NCBI RefSeq assembly: GCF_021869535.1
Contig: NW_026262734.1
Coordinates: 41,726,001 to 41,790,000, forward strand
DNA: 64,000 nt
Source: Mytilus californianus
Lineage: Eukaryota
Direction: 5' to 3'
Shown here: positions 24,501 to 33,135 of the stretch, piece after piece
Numbering within the stretch: position 1 is the first letter of the stretch
How the letters are laid out: each line of letters begins with the position of its first letter
The notes under the pieces: generated by a model
The model's database searches: none
Told to the model about the DNA's origin: nothing
Seen by the model: the letters and a program-made list of their open reading frames with translations, nothing else
Made by a program: the position numbers and the translations under genes

Positions 24501-24657
24501 GTTTATGTCGTCTGCTGATAGCATGGTATGGAGTGCCCTGGCCCTCCATAATCTGATGGGTAGATCCAAAACCATTGTTTACATCATAAATAGTCTCACC
24601 ATTACTGTGTACTCTGTTTGATGGAACATCGTAATGGTCTTCATCTGAAATAGACAT
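486..24657 (-). CDS. TPCN1: Two-pore calcium channel 1, 5' 14 coding exons (gene continues beyond window start)
   Basis: Hand-spliced minus-strand exons: 24657-24274, 23073-22960, 22056-21926, 18889-18801, 18114-18080, 17031-16973, 14104-14005, 13258-13142, 12332-12269, 11733-11624, 10297-10231, 4045-4001, 1697-1641, 563-486. All introns between them are GT..AG and the phases chain without stops. Peptides [50 protein letters not shown] and [12 protein letters not shown] match vertebrate TPC1 as I recall it. Confidence 0.96.
732..1388 (+). mobile_element. HINE-like element, family C
   Basis: GAGCCTGC/GCGAGAC ends, CCGTCGTCGG microsatellite, internal 170-bp repeats, terminal GGGTTCCGGAGAACCC hairpin; related copies at 17377-17532 (reverse) and 33136-35975. 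Confidence 0.68.
1641..1697 (-). CDS. TPCN1: TPCN1 exon, domain II S1 ([18 protein letters not shown])
   Basis: gttttag|AT...G|gtaggt; 57 nt, phase 1/1; aligns to YLVVAVNGVWILVET. Confidence 0.85.
1814..2462. mobile_element. Non-autonomous TIR element, CAG termini, 5-bp TSD (hAT5-like)
   Basis: Ends CAGCCCTCAA / TTGAGGGCTG; AACAA flanks both sides; GGTCGCC/GGTTGCC subterminal repeats; coding-like minus-strand ORF 1941-2174 inside. Confidence 0.7.
4001..4045 (-). CDS. TPCN1: TPCN1 45-nt exon ([14 protein letters not shown])
   Basis: attacag|GT...T|gtaagt; phase 1/1; aligns to TPC1 INILVKSKAFQYFM. Confidence 0.82.
4711..5640 (+). mobile_element. HINE-like element inserted in the 29-bp satellite (family A head, family F body)
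   Basis: Starts AATAAACTGCTTCGCTGGGCGCAGCTGGATACG; internal 150-bp repeats; (GACG/GACA) microsatellite; ends GTCCCGTTAACAGGGGTATAAAAA. Confidence 0.72.
5781..6566 (+). CDS. Tyrosine recombinase of a DIRS/Ngaro-type retroelement, 5'-truncated
   Basis: Frame is open from 5781 ([14 protein letters not shown]...RKRLPIT) into ORF 5946-6566. Catalytic R (FLRCGEF), HSFR, GRW and Y (YTRY) are all intact. No RT/RNaseH ORF upstream; satellite DNA abuts directly. Confidence 0.9.
   Translation, partial: TIKLYLCGIRFHFLKYGGFNPLISFGKPLECLKTILIGLKKKQGSTVKRKRLPITMSILSKMCKLLHTCIFGNFNSIMLEAACTTAFFGFLRCGEFTVMNQFDPECNLCCSDMQITADCIFVTLKKSKTDPFRQGITIPLYKTGYSICPVLSILKYNQLRQSVYSSNTEAFFISEDRKPLNRKFFISHVKILLDKLGLSSDSYNGHSFRIGAATSAQEARLEDHLIQTLGRWSSNCYTRYIHTSPNVLKNAQKQLAETDRS
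7600..8420 (+). repeat. Variant minisatellite, about 23 units of 34-39 bp, core TATCCATGCTGACGTATGG
   Basis: Conserved core with variable T-rich spacers; one block is duplicated (about 7745-7915 versus 7925-8060). Confidence 0.9.
9716..10056 (+). mobile_element. 3' part of HINE-like element, family F
   Basis: Highly similar to 5325-5640; ACGG/ACAG microsatellite; GTCCCGTAAACGGGCATATAAAAA end. Confidence 0.72.
10231..10297 (-). CDS. TPCN1: TPCN1 exon ([22 protein letters not shown])
   Basis: atttcag|TTA...T|gtaagt; 67 nt, phase 0/1. Confidence 0.85.
11036..11576. mobile_element. Composite unclassified insertion: 168-bp foldback palindrome plus TIR-bounded block
   Basis: 11036-11203 is a long imperfect inverted repeat; 11203-11576 is bounded by TATTCTAATGCAA / TTGCATTAGAATA. 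Confidence 0.6.
11624..11733 (-). CDS. TPCN1: TPCN1 linker exon ([12 protein letters not shown]...IDLQWM)
   Basis: ttgacag|GT...ATG|gtaagt; 110 nt, phase 1/0. Confidence 0.9.
12269..12332 (-). CDS. TPCN1: TPCN1 exon ([21 protein letters not shown])
   Basis: gttgtag|GAT...A|gtaagt; 64 nt, phase 0/1. Confidence 0.88.
13142..13258 (-). CDS. TPCN1: TPCN1 exon ([14 protein letters not shown]...LLVTKE)
   Basis: tttttag|TTT...GAG|gtaagt; 117 nt, phase 0/0. Confidence 0.93.
14005..14104 (-). CDS. TPCN1: TPCN1 exon (YPDVMMPAY...ELYFIMNL)
   Basis: tcttcag|T...CTG|gttagt; 100 nt, phase 2/0. Confidence 0.93.
14623..16548 (+). mobile_element. Full-length family A HINE-like element with three internal tandem modules
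   Basis: Subterminal GACCGCA / TGCGGTC inverted pair; about 120-bp repeats at 14830-15420, 35-bp repeats at 15490-15705 (TTCTTGCTATTGCGCAATACTGTGCAATTGAAGAT), about 150-bp repeats at 15880-16440, GAC microsatellite. Confidence 0.78.
16973..17031 (-). CDS. TPCN1: TPCN1 pore-helix exon ([19 protein letters not shown])
   Basis: atttcag|TAT...AA|gtaagt; 59 nt, phase 0/2; TTAN filter motif spans the junction. Confidence 0.93.
17580..17730. repeat. 21-bp tandem repeat (TTTGAGACACTTGATACAAGA)n, about 5 units
   Basis: Directly visible; bracketed by a duplicated TATTGACATCA.ACAACAATCACTT. Confidence 0.8.
18080..18114 (-). CDS. TPCN1: TPCN1 35-nt exon ([12 protein letters not shown])
   Basis: ttgtag|GG...GCA|gtaagt; phase 1/0; matches TPC1 GFYLFS. 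Confidence 0.88.
18801..18889 (-). CDS. TPCN1: TPCN1 exon ([29 protein letters not shown])
   Basis: tttgcag|A...G|gtaagc; 89 nt, phase 2/1. Confidence 0.93.
19000..19830 (+). mobile_element. Degenerate HINE-like element
   Basis: 5' GGCTCCAAGGAGCC hairpin and GCTCACCTGG; internal repeats CAAAGTCAATGAACC...CTCCATGG; CAGACAGAC microsatellite; 3' ATAGCTCA...GGCCC..GGCC. Confidence 0.55.
20452..21386 (+). mobile_element. Family A HINE-like element
   Basis: Same head, internal modules and tail as 14623-16548, with fewer repeat units. Confidence 0.75.
21387..21975 (-). repeat. 69-bp minisatellite derived from the TPCN1 exon/intron junction
   Basis: Plus-strand anchor TCTATTAGAAACAATGG recurs at 21524, 21593, 21661, 21730, 21799 and about 21868, and also lies inside the exon at about 21954. 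Confidence 0.92.
21926..22056 (-). CDS. TPCN1: TPCN1 exon encoding domain I S3-S4 (SCTLIIVF...[21 protein letters not shown])
   Basis: ttttcag|AGC...AG|gtatgt; 131 nt, phase 0/2. Confidence 0.93.
22625..22890 (-). mobile_element. Short family D HINE-like element (a related partial copy at about 3600-3870)
   Basis: Reverse complement of the 48147-49140 family: ATGCCCCCTCCGC..GCGG hairpin end and AATAAATGGAGAATGTGTCCATG end. Confidence 0.65.
22960..23073 (-). CDS. TPCN1: TPCN1 exon ([11 protein letters not shown]...KHKRTLIK)
   Basis: tatacag|GTT...AAG|gtactt; 114 nt, phase 0/0; matches TPC1 VHATLELF...HKRTMVK. Confidence 0.93.
24274..24657 (-). CDS. TPCN1: TPCN1 coding exon 1 (128 codons, MSISDEDH...FLTLPVG)
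   Basis: ORF 24244-24657 carries [20 protein letters not shown]; donor GGG|gtaagt after 24274, phase 0. Confidence 0.95.
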
Positions 24658-24687
24658 TGATAGCCTTAATTAATAATATCATTAATA

Positions 24688-26013
24688 TCTAAATAGTCTA
24701 TTTGCCAATTGGCGATTTAATCCTGTTATCAAAGAACCATTTGTTTCCCTTAGAAGGGACATACTTTTTAGTAACAATGAAGAGCATGCGCAAAAAGAGT
24801 AATTGTATCTGTGCTTTATGTGTTTTTTTCAGATCTTTTAATTACTTGACATCTTTTGTTGAGCTAAAAACTTTTGATAAGAATAGTTATTTTTTTTGTT
24901 AAAATGGTTCAAAAGGTCAATAAATCCCTTTTACCTTATCATGCTTTGCATGTGTTATAATAGAATCACATTGGTAATTGGCAAATAGACTATTGACGCC
25001 CCATGTGTAGTAGTCAGCTAGAAAGAAAAGCATATATATTCCAGATCTAATGATGTATTTGTTTATAGTGAAAATTATGGCTATTTACACCAGTACAAAA
25101 TTAATAATGTGGTATTGTTAAATACTGCATAGCAATATCTATCGTTTCTCAGGTCAATGTCAAGTTTTTGGGAGTTCTCAGGGAATCGTGGTACCCTCAA
25201 AATCAGAAAATCGCAGATTATCCCACAAGTTTATATTGCTTTGATGCTTAATTTTTAGTTTATTGATTAGTATTTTGTTGACAGTTGACTGGCTGTTTGT
25301 CTATTTCTTTTGATCGTGGGGTTGTATTTTTCGACTTGTCAGGTTTTTATTTACCACTAGTTCATATGGACTAATTTAACCCTTGTTATCTACTCAGAAT
25401 CTCACTCACACTCACAGCACTTGTTTTGGTTTTTTTTAATACAGTTATTAATAAGCGATGTCATCAGCCAGAATAAAAAGTCAACTTTAAGTGTTAAAAG
25501 GAGACATGAACATTAAAAATAAATACCTGAGGGTGAAAATCCATTTTCATTTCTGATTAAGAGAGGACTTTCAATATTACCCGCCATATTGTTTTCATTT
25601 TCGATGATAAATGATAAATATAGAGGATTACGAACGTATCATGTGAATTCCAAAAATATTCCGAACAAAGGTTATTTCCGCCTAAAAGTAGTTCCATAGC
25701 AATTCAGTAAAATCATGAGCGATAATTTTTGCATTATTTCCTCAAGAGACTGAAATCTTTTCTTACATTCAATATCTTTAAACTATTTTTTCTTTCTCTC
25801 ATGCTACTTTGTAAATTTACGCTATTCAATAAAGAGACACACAGAAATTTTATAAGTACTATTTGTTGCTAGGGAATGCGTATTAAACAAATTCAATGTA
25901 GAGCGGCTGCAAGACCGATAGAAAGTAAATTGGTAATGTTGACGATGTAAATTTGGAATTATTTACAAATAAGCCTACTCTGAACATTGTTATCGCTGTT
26001 ATATTGTTCGAAA
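24688..26013. promoter_or_regulatory. Candidate bidirectional promoter and 5'UTRs of TPCN1 and DRC10
   Basis: Lies between divergent ATGs. Putative TPCN1 untranslated exon donor (cag|gtattt after 25527) and acceptor (tttag, exon starting at 24688). YY1-type CCGCCATATT at about 25582. RFX X-box-like GTTCCATAGCAAT at 25691-25703 and GTTGCTAGGGAAT at 25865-25877. Confidence 0.6.
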
Positions 26014-26943
26014 ATGGCCACCACAGCAATGCGAACACAGACATTAACAGGTTCAATTGCCACGGAGCCAATTTTAAACATGAAACTAACGGTTCCTGTA
26101 CCTCCTCAAAAAGGAGCACCAGGGAAAATAAGAAACAGACTTCGTTTAGATCCAGCGAGGGCATTAGAACCTGCAAGAAAAAAAATAGCTACGGTTGAAG
26201 CGCAGCGTGTTATGTCAGTATTTGAGGATACAATACAAAAAATAGAAATTTCCTCCATGATCCCATATATTCTTGAAAATTTGGACAGATTTAGAATTAG
26301 CTTTGGTGCAGAGCTGTGCAGCTTGTTAGATAACCACAGTATAATAATCGGTAGCTACAATGAGATAAAAGAACAGCTTGACAGGCAAATGCAACGGAAT
26401 AGAATACGATCAGCCAGTTCTGTCAGAAGTGATGCATCACAAGATCAACAAAATGAGACTAATGAAACTCAACCTACTGAAGATGATGGAGATCAAGTTT
26501 CAAATTATGATGGTCAAAGTCCTCCACAGAGCCCTGTTAATAAGCCTCCATCCAGAGGTAGTAGTGCAAGCAGTCGAAGATCTAATCCTTCTGTTGCTAG
26601 TTTTGACAGTCAAACAGAACGTACAATGCGAAATTTGAGTCTTGTAGCTCAGCAACTTAGTTCTTCGTGCAAAAACATTCTCAGACAATTTCAGATAAAT
26701 GGGACTGCATTTAATTCTGTGAAGACCCACTTTCATGCACGACCTAAAGAGAGTACCCAGCTTTTATCTTACATGAATGATTTAAGAGATATCTTGCTAA
26801 ATAAACTGTTAACAACACCTGAAGAAGAGAAAGAACGAATGGCTTACATCCAGGAAGTTTCTGAAAGAGAGAGAAACAATGCTACTATTATTGCAAAGAT
26901 GGAAGAGGAACTTGACGCTGCAGTTGCAGATAAGGAAGAGGAG
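26014..26943 (+). CDS. DRC10: DRC10 coding exon 1 (310 codons)
   Basis: aaaATGG start; GAG|gtatta donor. Confidence 0.9.
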
Positions 26944-29900
26944 GTATTAAATATAAGCATGTTAAATTTCAATTGAATTTGTAAGACTTGACATATTTTG
27001 TTGACTCCAACACGTCAGTTTATTAATACATTGTAGATAGGCATTTATTAAGAGCACTGAACTGTTGTGTTTCAAATCATAATTGACCTCTCAATGTTCT
27101 CCAAGTTCTAAAGTGTTATACTACATGTATTAAATTTTAAAAGAATATTATTTGCAATGCTTTGTTTACAATGATATATATCTTACCTTTACAATGAAAA
27201 CCGAAAAAGGGAATCATCAAATTATATTGACTTTCAACAACAACCATATGATGTGACCACAAAATTGTAGATAAAAACAACACACAGTGACATACTTATT
27301 TATTTTAGTCAAGATCACCATGCAGTACAAATAGCTGAAGCAAAATATATTAAACATATAAATTTAATACTGCATGTACAATCATGTATCTACTTTTTAT
27401 TGTCAGTAGTAATGCAGGTTGGCCAGAAGTTCCATTTATTTCATATAACATTATTTTCATATATATATATGTATGTACATGTATGAATTTATTATGAAAG
27501 ATTGTATTAAACACATACAAATGTACAATTTATAACATAAAATACATAAGTTTTTATATATTAATTTTGTATTTATAAAGATTCTTCCTTTTTTTAGATG
27601 AAAAAGAAAAATGATGTAATAAAGAAGCTACAGACAGAGTTACAACAGATTATAAACTTTTCCAAAGAAAATATAGGAAGGATTAAGAATGAACAGGATA
27701 AACAAGAATCAGCTGATAAAAAGAACCATGAAGGAAAAGTACAAAGGCTTCAGAATGAAATAGTACAACTAAAAACCCAGCTTCAAAACCTTGTATTGGA
27801 GCATAGAGAAAAGGAACAAGATCTAAGAAGGGTAAAATATATATTGAAATTCTATCTCAAAATATTGTTTGTATTGACTGTGAATCAGGGTTCTCACTTA
27901 AAAAGCAAGTCCATGAGTCCTGGACTCATGAAAATCTGTCTGGTCTCATCACTTTCAAAATTGGTGAGTCCAAAGATGCATCGGGATTGAAAAATGTTGT
28001 TACAACTACAAACATGACAAATGTAAGCACAAATATAATTATTTTATGACAAAAGTTTAAAAATTATCTAAAGGTGATGTCATTTCCTTGCTCTTATATT
28101 ATGTCATGGGGACTGAAAGAATAAATGATATAACAATAAAATTTCATCTTCTCACTGTTTTAATAGACTTGCTTTGGCCAAAATTGACGAGTCCCTGGAC
28201 TTGCCTTAAAAAATTCTTAGTAACAACCCTGTGTGAATAAAATGAGATGTCAGGTAAACATGGTAAATATTCGTGAGATATCATCTCATATACACAACAT
28301 AAATTAAATTAAATGTTGTTGAACTAAGTCAGATTAATGAAAAATTTGATAATATCTATTTAAGAATTCAAAGTTTTACATTTTATATCATTTTATCTAT
28401 ATCTACATTGTTTTTATTGACTGGTTTATAAGAAAAATACATGATGACGTGCATCAGTTCATTAATTCAAACTGTCATTTAATCAATTACCCAAGAAAAA
28501 CCTGATTTTTGTTTAAATTCAGTTCTCCAAATTCAAAGATGACATTATGTTGTATGCATTGAATTTATTTGATTTTAACATAATATTGCAAAAAATGCAT
28601 ATATATTCAGATTTCTCATGATGTTGAATTCTCAGATTTAAAAATAAGGAGATGTGGTATGATTGCGAATGAGACAATTATAATCCATCAGAAACCAAAG
28701 AATGTGGATGTAAACAATTATAGGGCACTGTAAAGCCTATACTGTAGTAATTTATGATTTATGTAGTAATTTATCAGTATAAAAGGCTTTTGCATGTGAC
28801 ACAAAGAAAAAAAAACCATCAGCCAGATTAATGATATAAACAAAAAACAAATATGGCAGATAGAGAACAATAACAGCCACTAAATAACAGGCTCCTTAAT
28901 TTGGACTTGATTGTATTAATAATTGTACACGGCATTTTCCATAATAATGTACCTTAATTTCTGTATCACAAATTTCTCAAATTACAGTAATTATATTTTA
29001 TATTTTACAGATGAAGTTTAAGGTGGAGTCACAAGTTGAAGGTTTAATTCAGAAATATGATGGTGAAATGAATGAGAGACAGGTAATTTCATTGAATTAT
29101 CACACACATATAAAAATAAGATCAGGATATAGATGTGGTTATCTTAAACAATTAAAGTTGAAAATAAATCATCGGAGAATTTCATGGTAATTAAAAGTCT
29201 TCATAAAGTATGTTTAACACATTACATTCACCTAATTGCTATTAGGTAGAGTGTTGAAGATTGCATGGACAAGCTTGAATGCATTTCAAAGCAATGTAAA
29301 ATTATAAATAGATAAATTACAGATATGAACTCTCACAAAATTCTTATCAGAATAGACCTTAGTTGTTAATGAATAATGGGGAATCAGTTTAAAAAACTTT
29401 CTCAGTGGTAAATTTTTTCACTCTAGCCTGTGACAGTGAGTGATACACTCTGAACTCTGAATCCTTAAAATCAAACATTAAAATGTTGTAAATTCAAACC
29501 ATACTGTCTACTAAATTGATTAAGTGTCCTTTATTGAAGTCAAGAGAAAAGAAATACAGGTAGTGGGAACAACTTGTGTTCTAAGGAAATTTTAGTTTTT
29601 CATTTTGATCATGACATCATATTACCATAATATGACTGAAATACAGATCCTGTGTCCAAGCTTTGCTTACAAGGATCTGAAAAAGCTCTGTTCTACTTTC
29701 TGTTTTTATTAAGACCTTTTAGGATTCTCTGGTTTTATTGGATTCATATACACATGCACCTTCAAAAATTTGAAGGCTTAATTTTCATTGGCTGATGTTA
29801 TACTACCAGAACAGAAAGTAAAACGGAGTGTTGTCAGATCCTTGTAAGTGTAGCTTGGTCACATGATTTGTAATTTAATCAGATTGCAATGTTATCTAAT

Positions 29901-30455
29901 TTTGAAGGGGCATTTTCTTCACAGACTTCTATATTAATAAGCGATAAATTCACAATATTTTATTTTCACAACCAAATTCTTACTGTAAATAGATTTATAA
30001 AAACAGATTCTTATATTTCCAATTTAACAGTAGGAAAAAAGCACAATACAAACCCACTGTACATGTATTTAAAATCCTTCCAGCAATCAGAACAAACTAT
30101 ACTGATAATTGTCGTGTCATACATTTTTATCCTACACCTTATTGAACAGTGAAATAGGAGAACTCAACTTATTCTTATTTTTCAGGAGGAATATGAAGAA
30201 ATAGAAGCTGCATATAATGCCCAGAAGAAACAGTTAGATGAAGTGGAGGAAAGATTTAAAACTATGTCAGCTGAGTATGACCAGATTCAGGAGGAGAGGA
30301 GACTGGCTCGTGAGAAACGTGAAGCTGCTGAGCGTGAGATGGCTCTCATGGTCAAAGCTGCCACAACAATCCAAGCTTTCTGGAGATCATTCAAAGTCCG
30401 TAAAGCCCTTAAAGCAAGGAAGAAGAAAGGAGGTGGCAAGAAAGGAAAGAAATAG
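26014..30455 (+). CDS. DRC10: Dynein regulatory complex protein 10 (IQ domain-containing protein D), 4 coding exons, about 501 aa
   Basis: Exons 26014-26943, 27598-27831, 29011-29082 and 30186-30455, all phase 0 with GT-AG. Coiled-coil protein with a C-terminal IQ motif (AATTIQAFWRSFKVRK) and basic tail KKKGGGKKGKK; N-terminal RLDPARALEPARKK is typical of IQCD/DRC10. Confidence 0.92.
27598..27831 (+). CDS. DRC10: DRC10 exon 2 (MKKKNDVIKK...EQDLRR)
   Basis: tttttag|ATG...AGG|gtaaaa; 234 nt. Confidence 0.9.
27886..28231. mobile_element. MITE with CAGGGTT termini and 7-bp TSD (hATw-like)
   Basis: CAGGGTT...AACCCTG; TGTGAAT at 27879-27885 and 28232-28238; GCAAGTCCA/TGGACTTGC subterminal inverted motif. 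Confidence 0.72.
29011..29082 (+). CDS. DRC10: DRC10 exon 3 (MKFKVESQVEGLIQKYDGEMNERQ)
   Basis: tttacag|ATG...CAG|gtaatt; 72 nt. Confidence 0.9.
30186..30455 (+). CDS. DRC10: DRC10 terminal exon with IQ motif
   Basis: ttttcag|GAG...TAG; an AATAAA follows at about 30463. Confidence 0.92.
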   Translation, partial: EEYEEIEAAYNAQKKQLDEVEERFKTMSAEYDQIQEERRLAREKREAAEREMALMVKAATTIQAFWRSFKVRKALKARKKKGGGKKGKK

Positions 30456-31259
30456 ACTAAAAAATAAAGAACTTTATGTTTTTGAAGACTTTTCAAGAAT
30501 TGTAAATTGAATGAAAGAATTACATTACAATTTCATTGATAGAGTATGACAGCTACCTAATGAATATTTATTGTCCCAGTATTCTAATACCTTGATTTTA
30601 TGACATTAACCTTCTACTGAGAATCAGTGCTCTTCAAATCTGTAAATATATCTATGGGAGCTTTTTTGTGTACACTTATGAAATGTGATGAACACATAAA
30701 TTTGTAATGATAAAATTTTTTTTTTTTTTCTCTTCCAAAAGATTTAGGAGTCCTATTCATATAAGCCTATGCACCAAAATTTGCTACTGTAAAACTGCAT
30801 TGGTGATAGAAAGTAAAATAACAAAAATACCGAACTCCAAGGAAAATTCAAAATGGAAAGTCCTTTATCACTTAATGCCAAAATCAAAGCCTCAAACACA
30901 TCAAATGAATGGAAAACAACTGTTATATTCCTGACTTGGTACAGGCATTTCCTTATGTGGAAAATGGTGGATTAAACCTGGTATATTGCTACATTGTGTA
31001 ACTAAACTTCTCAATGCTTCGTTAAGTGTGGAATTAGTCATGGGTTAAATCTGAGCTTTGTTCCAAATATAGACCTGTATTCATATGACCATATAATACC
31101 TCCTTGTGTTTCTGATCTACCTTTTAAAATACATGTACATATCATTTACTTCAAGTGTACAATTTTGCTAAAACTTGTATATTTAAGTTAGATATTAAAA
31201 AAATTAGTACTATTTTAAATCTCAAAACAAACAACCTAACTTCATTTCATGTTACTTAA

Positions 31260-31706
31260 GGTTGCACTTCTGTAAATATAGACAATGCAATTTCCCATAG
31301 GAACTCCCTTTGCGGCTAAAGCTGTGCCACTTTTACTATGAAGTTTTGTAAAAAATTATTTCCTAGAATGGAAAGTTGACATGCACTACATTTTTATTCA
31401 AAGGTCAAAACATAGGGCTGTGCGGCATATTTTCAACGTTTATATGCCCGAACTTATAAGAGTTTAAACTTAAACTAAAATTCTGTACTACCCCTACCTT
31501 CATTTTGGGTCTTTCTGAGAATTCAATTATCACCGCTTCAATGTGTTTTTATACTGGTAACATTCCCAAGTTATTTCTCTATGAGATGAAACATAGAGAT
31601 CATATCTGGGAACCAGTACATAAACAAATCAAAATATCTATGAATATTATATATCTCCCCAAAAGAGGCGTGGCTTGTGAAACAGCTGTATTTACAAAGT
31701 GTAACC
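31260..31706. mobile_element. TTAA-flanked MITE with GG termini (Kolobok-like; Crypton-type not excluded)
   Basis: TTAA|GGTTGCACTTCTGTAAATA ... TATTTACAAAGTGTAACC|TTAA. Confidence 0.72.
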
Positions 31707-32247
31707 TTAAAAATGAATGTGCATTGAGAAAAAATTTGAATAATGCATGTCTGCAGTATAGTATTATTTTAAAACTTTATTTAAATTTCACTTGACAAAA
31801 TTTCCAGTTTTCCCAACCTGTAAATTGAGGTTTACAAATTTCTGGTATTGTCATTTTTCATTTATTATTACATGAGTTAAATTGGCTTTCTTTGTGCATT
31901 TGGAAATAAATACATGAAAATAAGCATGTGTTTCTATTCTTATTTAAGAGAAAACTAGAAAATTCTAGGAAATGCATACATACCCCTTATACCCTCATCA
32001 TCTTGTATAAAAATCACTTTCCAACTTTCAAAAAGATTTCTTAAAATCCATTACTATAGATTCCAATTGCAGTGCAAATGTAAGCAACAACTTTAACAAA
32101 AAGAAAATATATTGTCTTCTGTTTATTCCAAAGTATAAGATTTCTTTTTAAATCTCAATTATAGATGGATTTTTTTTTAGCATATTTTCTGCTTTTCAAA
32201 TTTTTAACTCTGATTTGATTCTGCTATTAAGACGTCATCATAAACAA

Positions 32248-33047
32248 AATAAATTGCTTCGCCGGGCGCAGCTGGATACGACCGCAGAGGTCCAACCCTG
32301 AACAGTTGGGGCAAAAATGGACACAATATTCGCTCTTGATACAGGTCTGAATTTGGATTGTAATTAAATATTTGACACATAATAGGTTTCTGACACAGAA
32401 TAACTGTAGTCAAAGAACTTAGAATTAAAAAAATATGTGAAAAAATTTTGTTTAATTTCTGAAAATCTGAAATGAGAAAAAATTCTTTCCCTCAAGATAT
32501 GGTCATAATCTCAATTCAAATTACCAATGGAGTTTGCAACCATAATTACCCATTTAAATACATCATAAAAGTCGTAAATAGACAATTTAAAAGCAGTGTA
32601 AGGGAGGTAATCCAACATTGTACAATTTTGTTTTTGGATTACCTCTTTTACACTGCTTTTAAATTGTCCATTAACTAGAAAACCCTAGTTTTTCCCCCTT
32701 TTTTGTCCCTAATTCCTATACGGTTTGAGCCATAACCCCCAAAGCCAATCTCAACCATCCCTTTGTGGTATTATTTCAGAGAGATCCATACACTTAAACA
32801 CAAGTTATTGTCTGGAAACTAGAAAAATGTCTTTTTGGGCCTCTTTTTGGCCCCTCATTCCTAATCTGTTAGGACCATAACCCCCAAAATCAATCACAAC
32901 CTTCCTTTTGTGGTTATTAACCTTGTGTTTAAATTTCATAGATTTCTATTCACTTATAATAAAGTTATTGTCCTGAAACCAACTGTCTTCAGACGACGTG
33001 ATACCAATATACGACCAAAAAAAAATTTGTTTGCGGTCGTATAAAAA
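32248..33047 (+). mobile_element. Family A HINE-like element
   Basis: GATACGACCGCAGAGG head; TTGCGGTCGTATAAAAA tail. Confidence 0.72.
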
Positions 33048-33135
33048 GTAACAGTAAACTCCCCTGAAACTGAATCTCCTGCCCTTTATGGATTGCATGA
33101 AAATTAATAGGTGTTTCGGGGGAATGGACCTTTAT

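Noticed and set aside
25987-26013. Upstream TTG start for DRC10
   Set aside because: The ATG at 26014 has a strong aaaATGG context; the ORF-track start is a non-ATG call.
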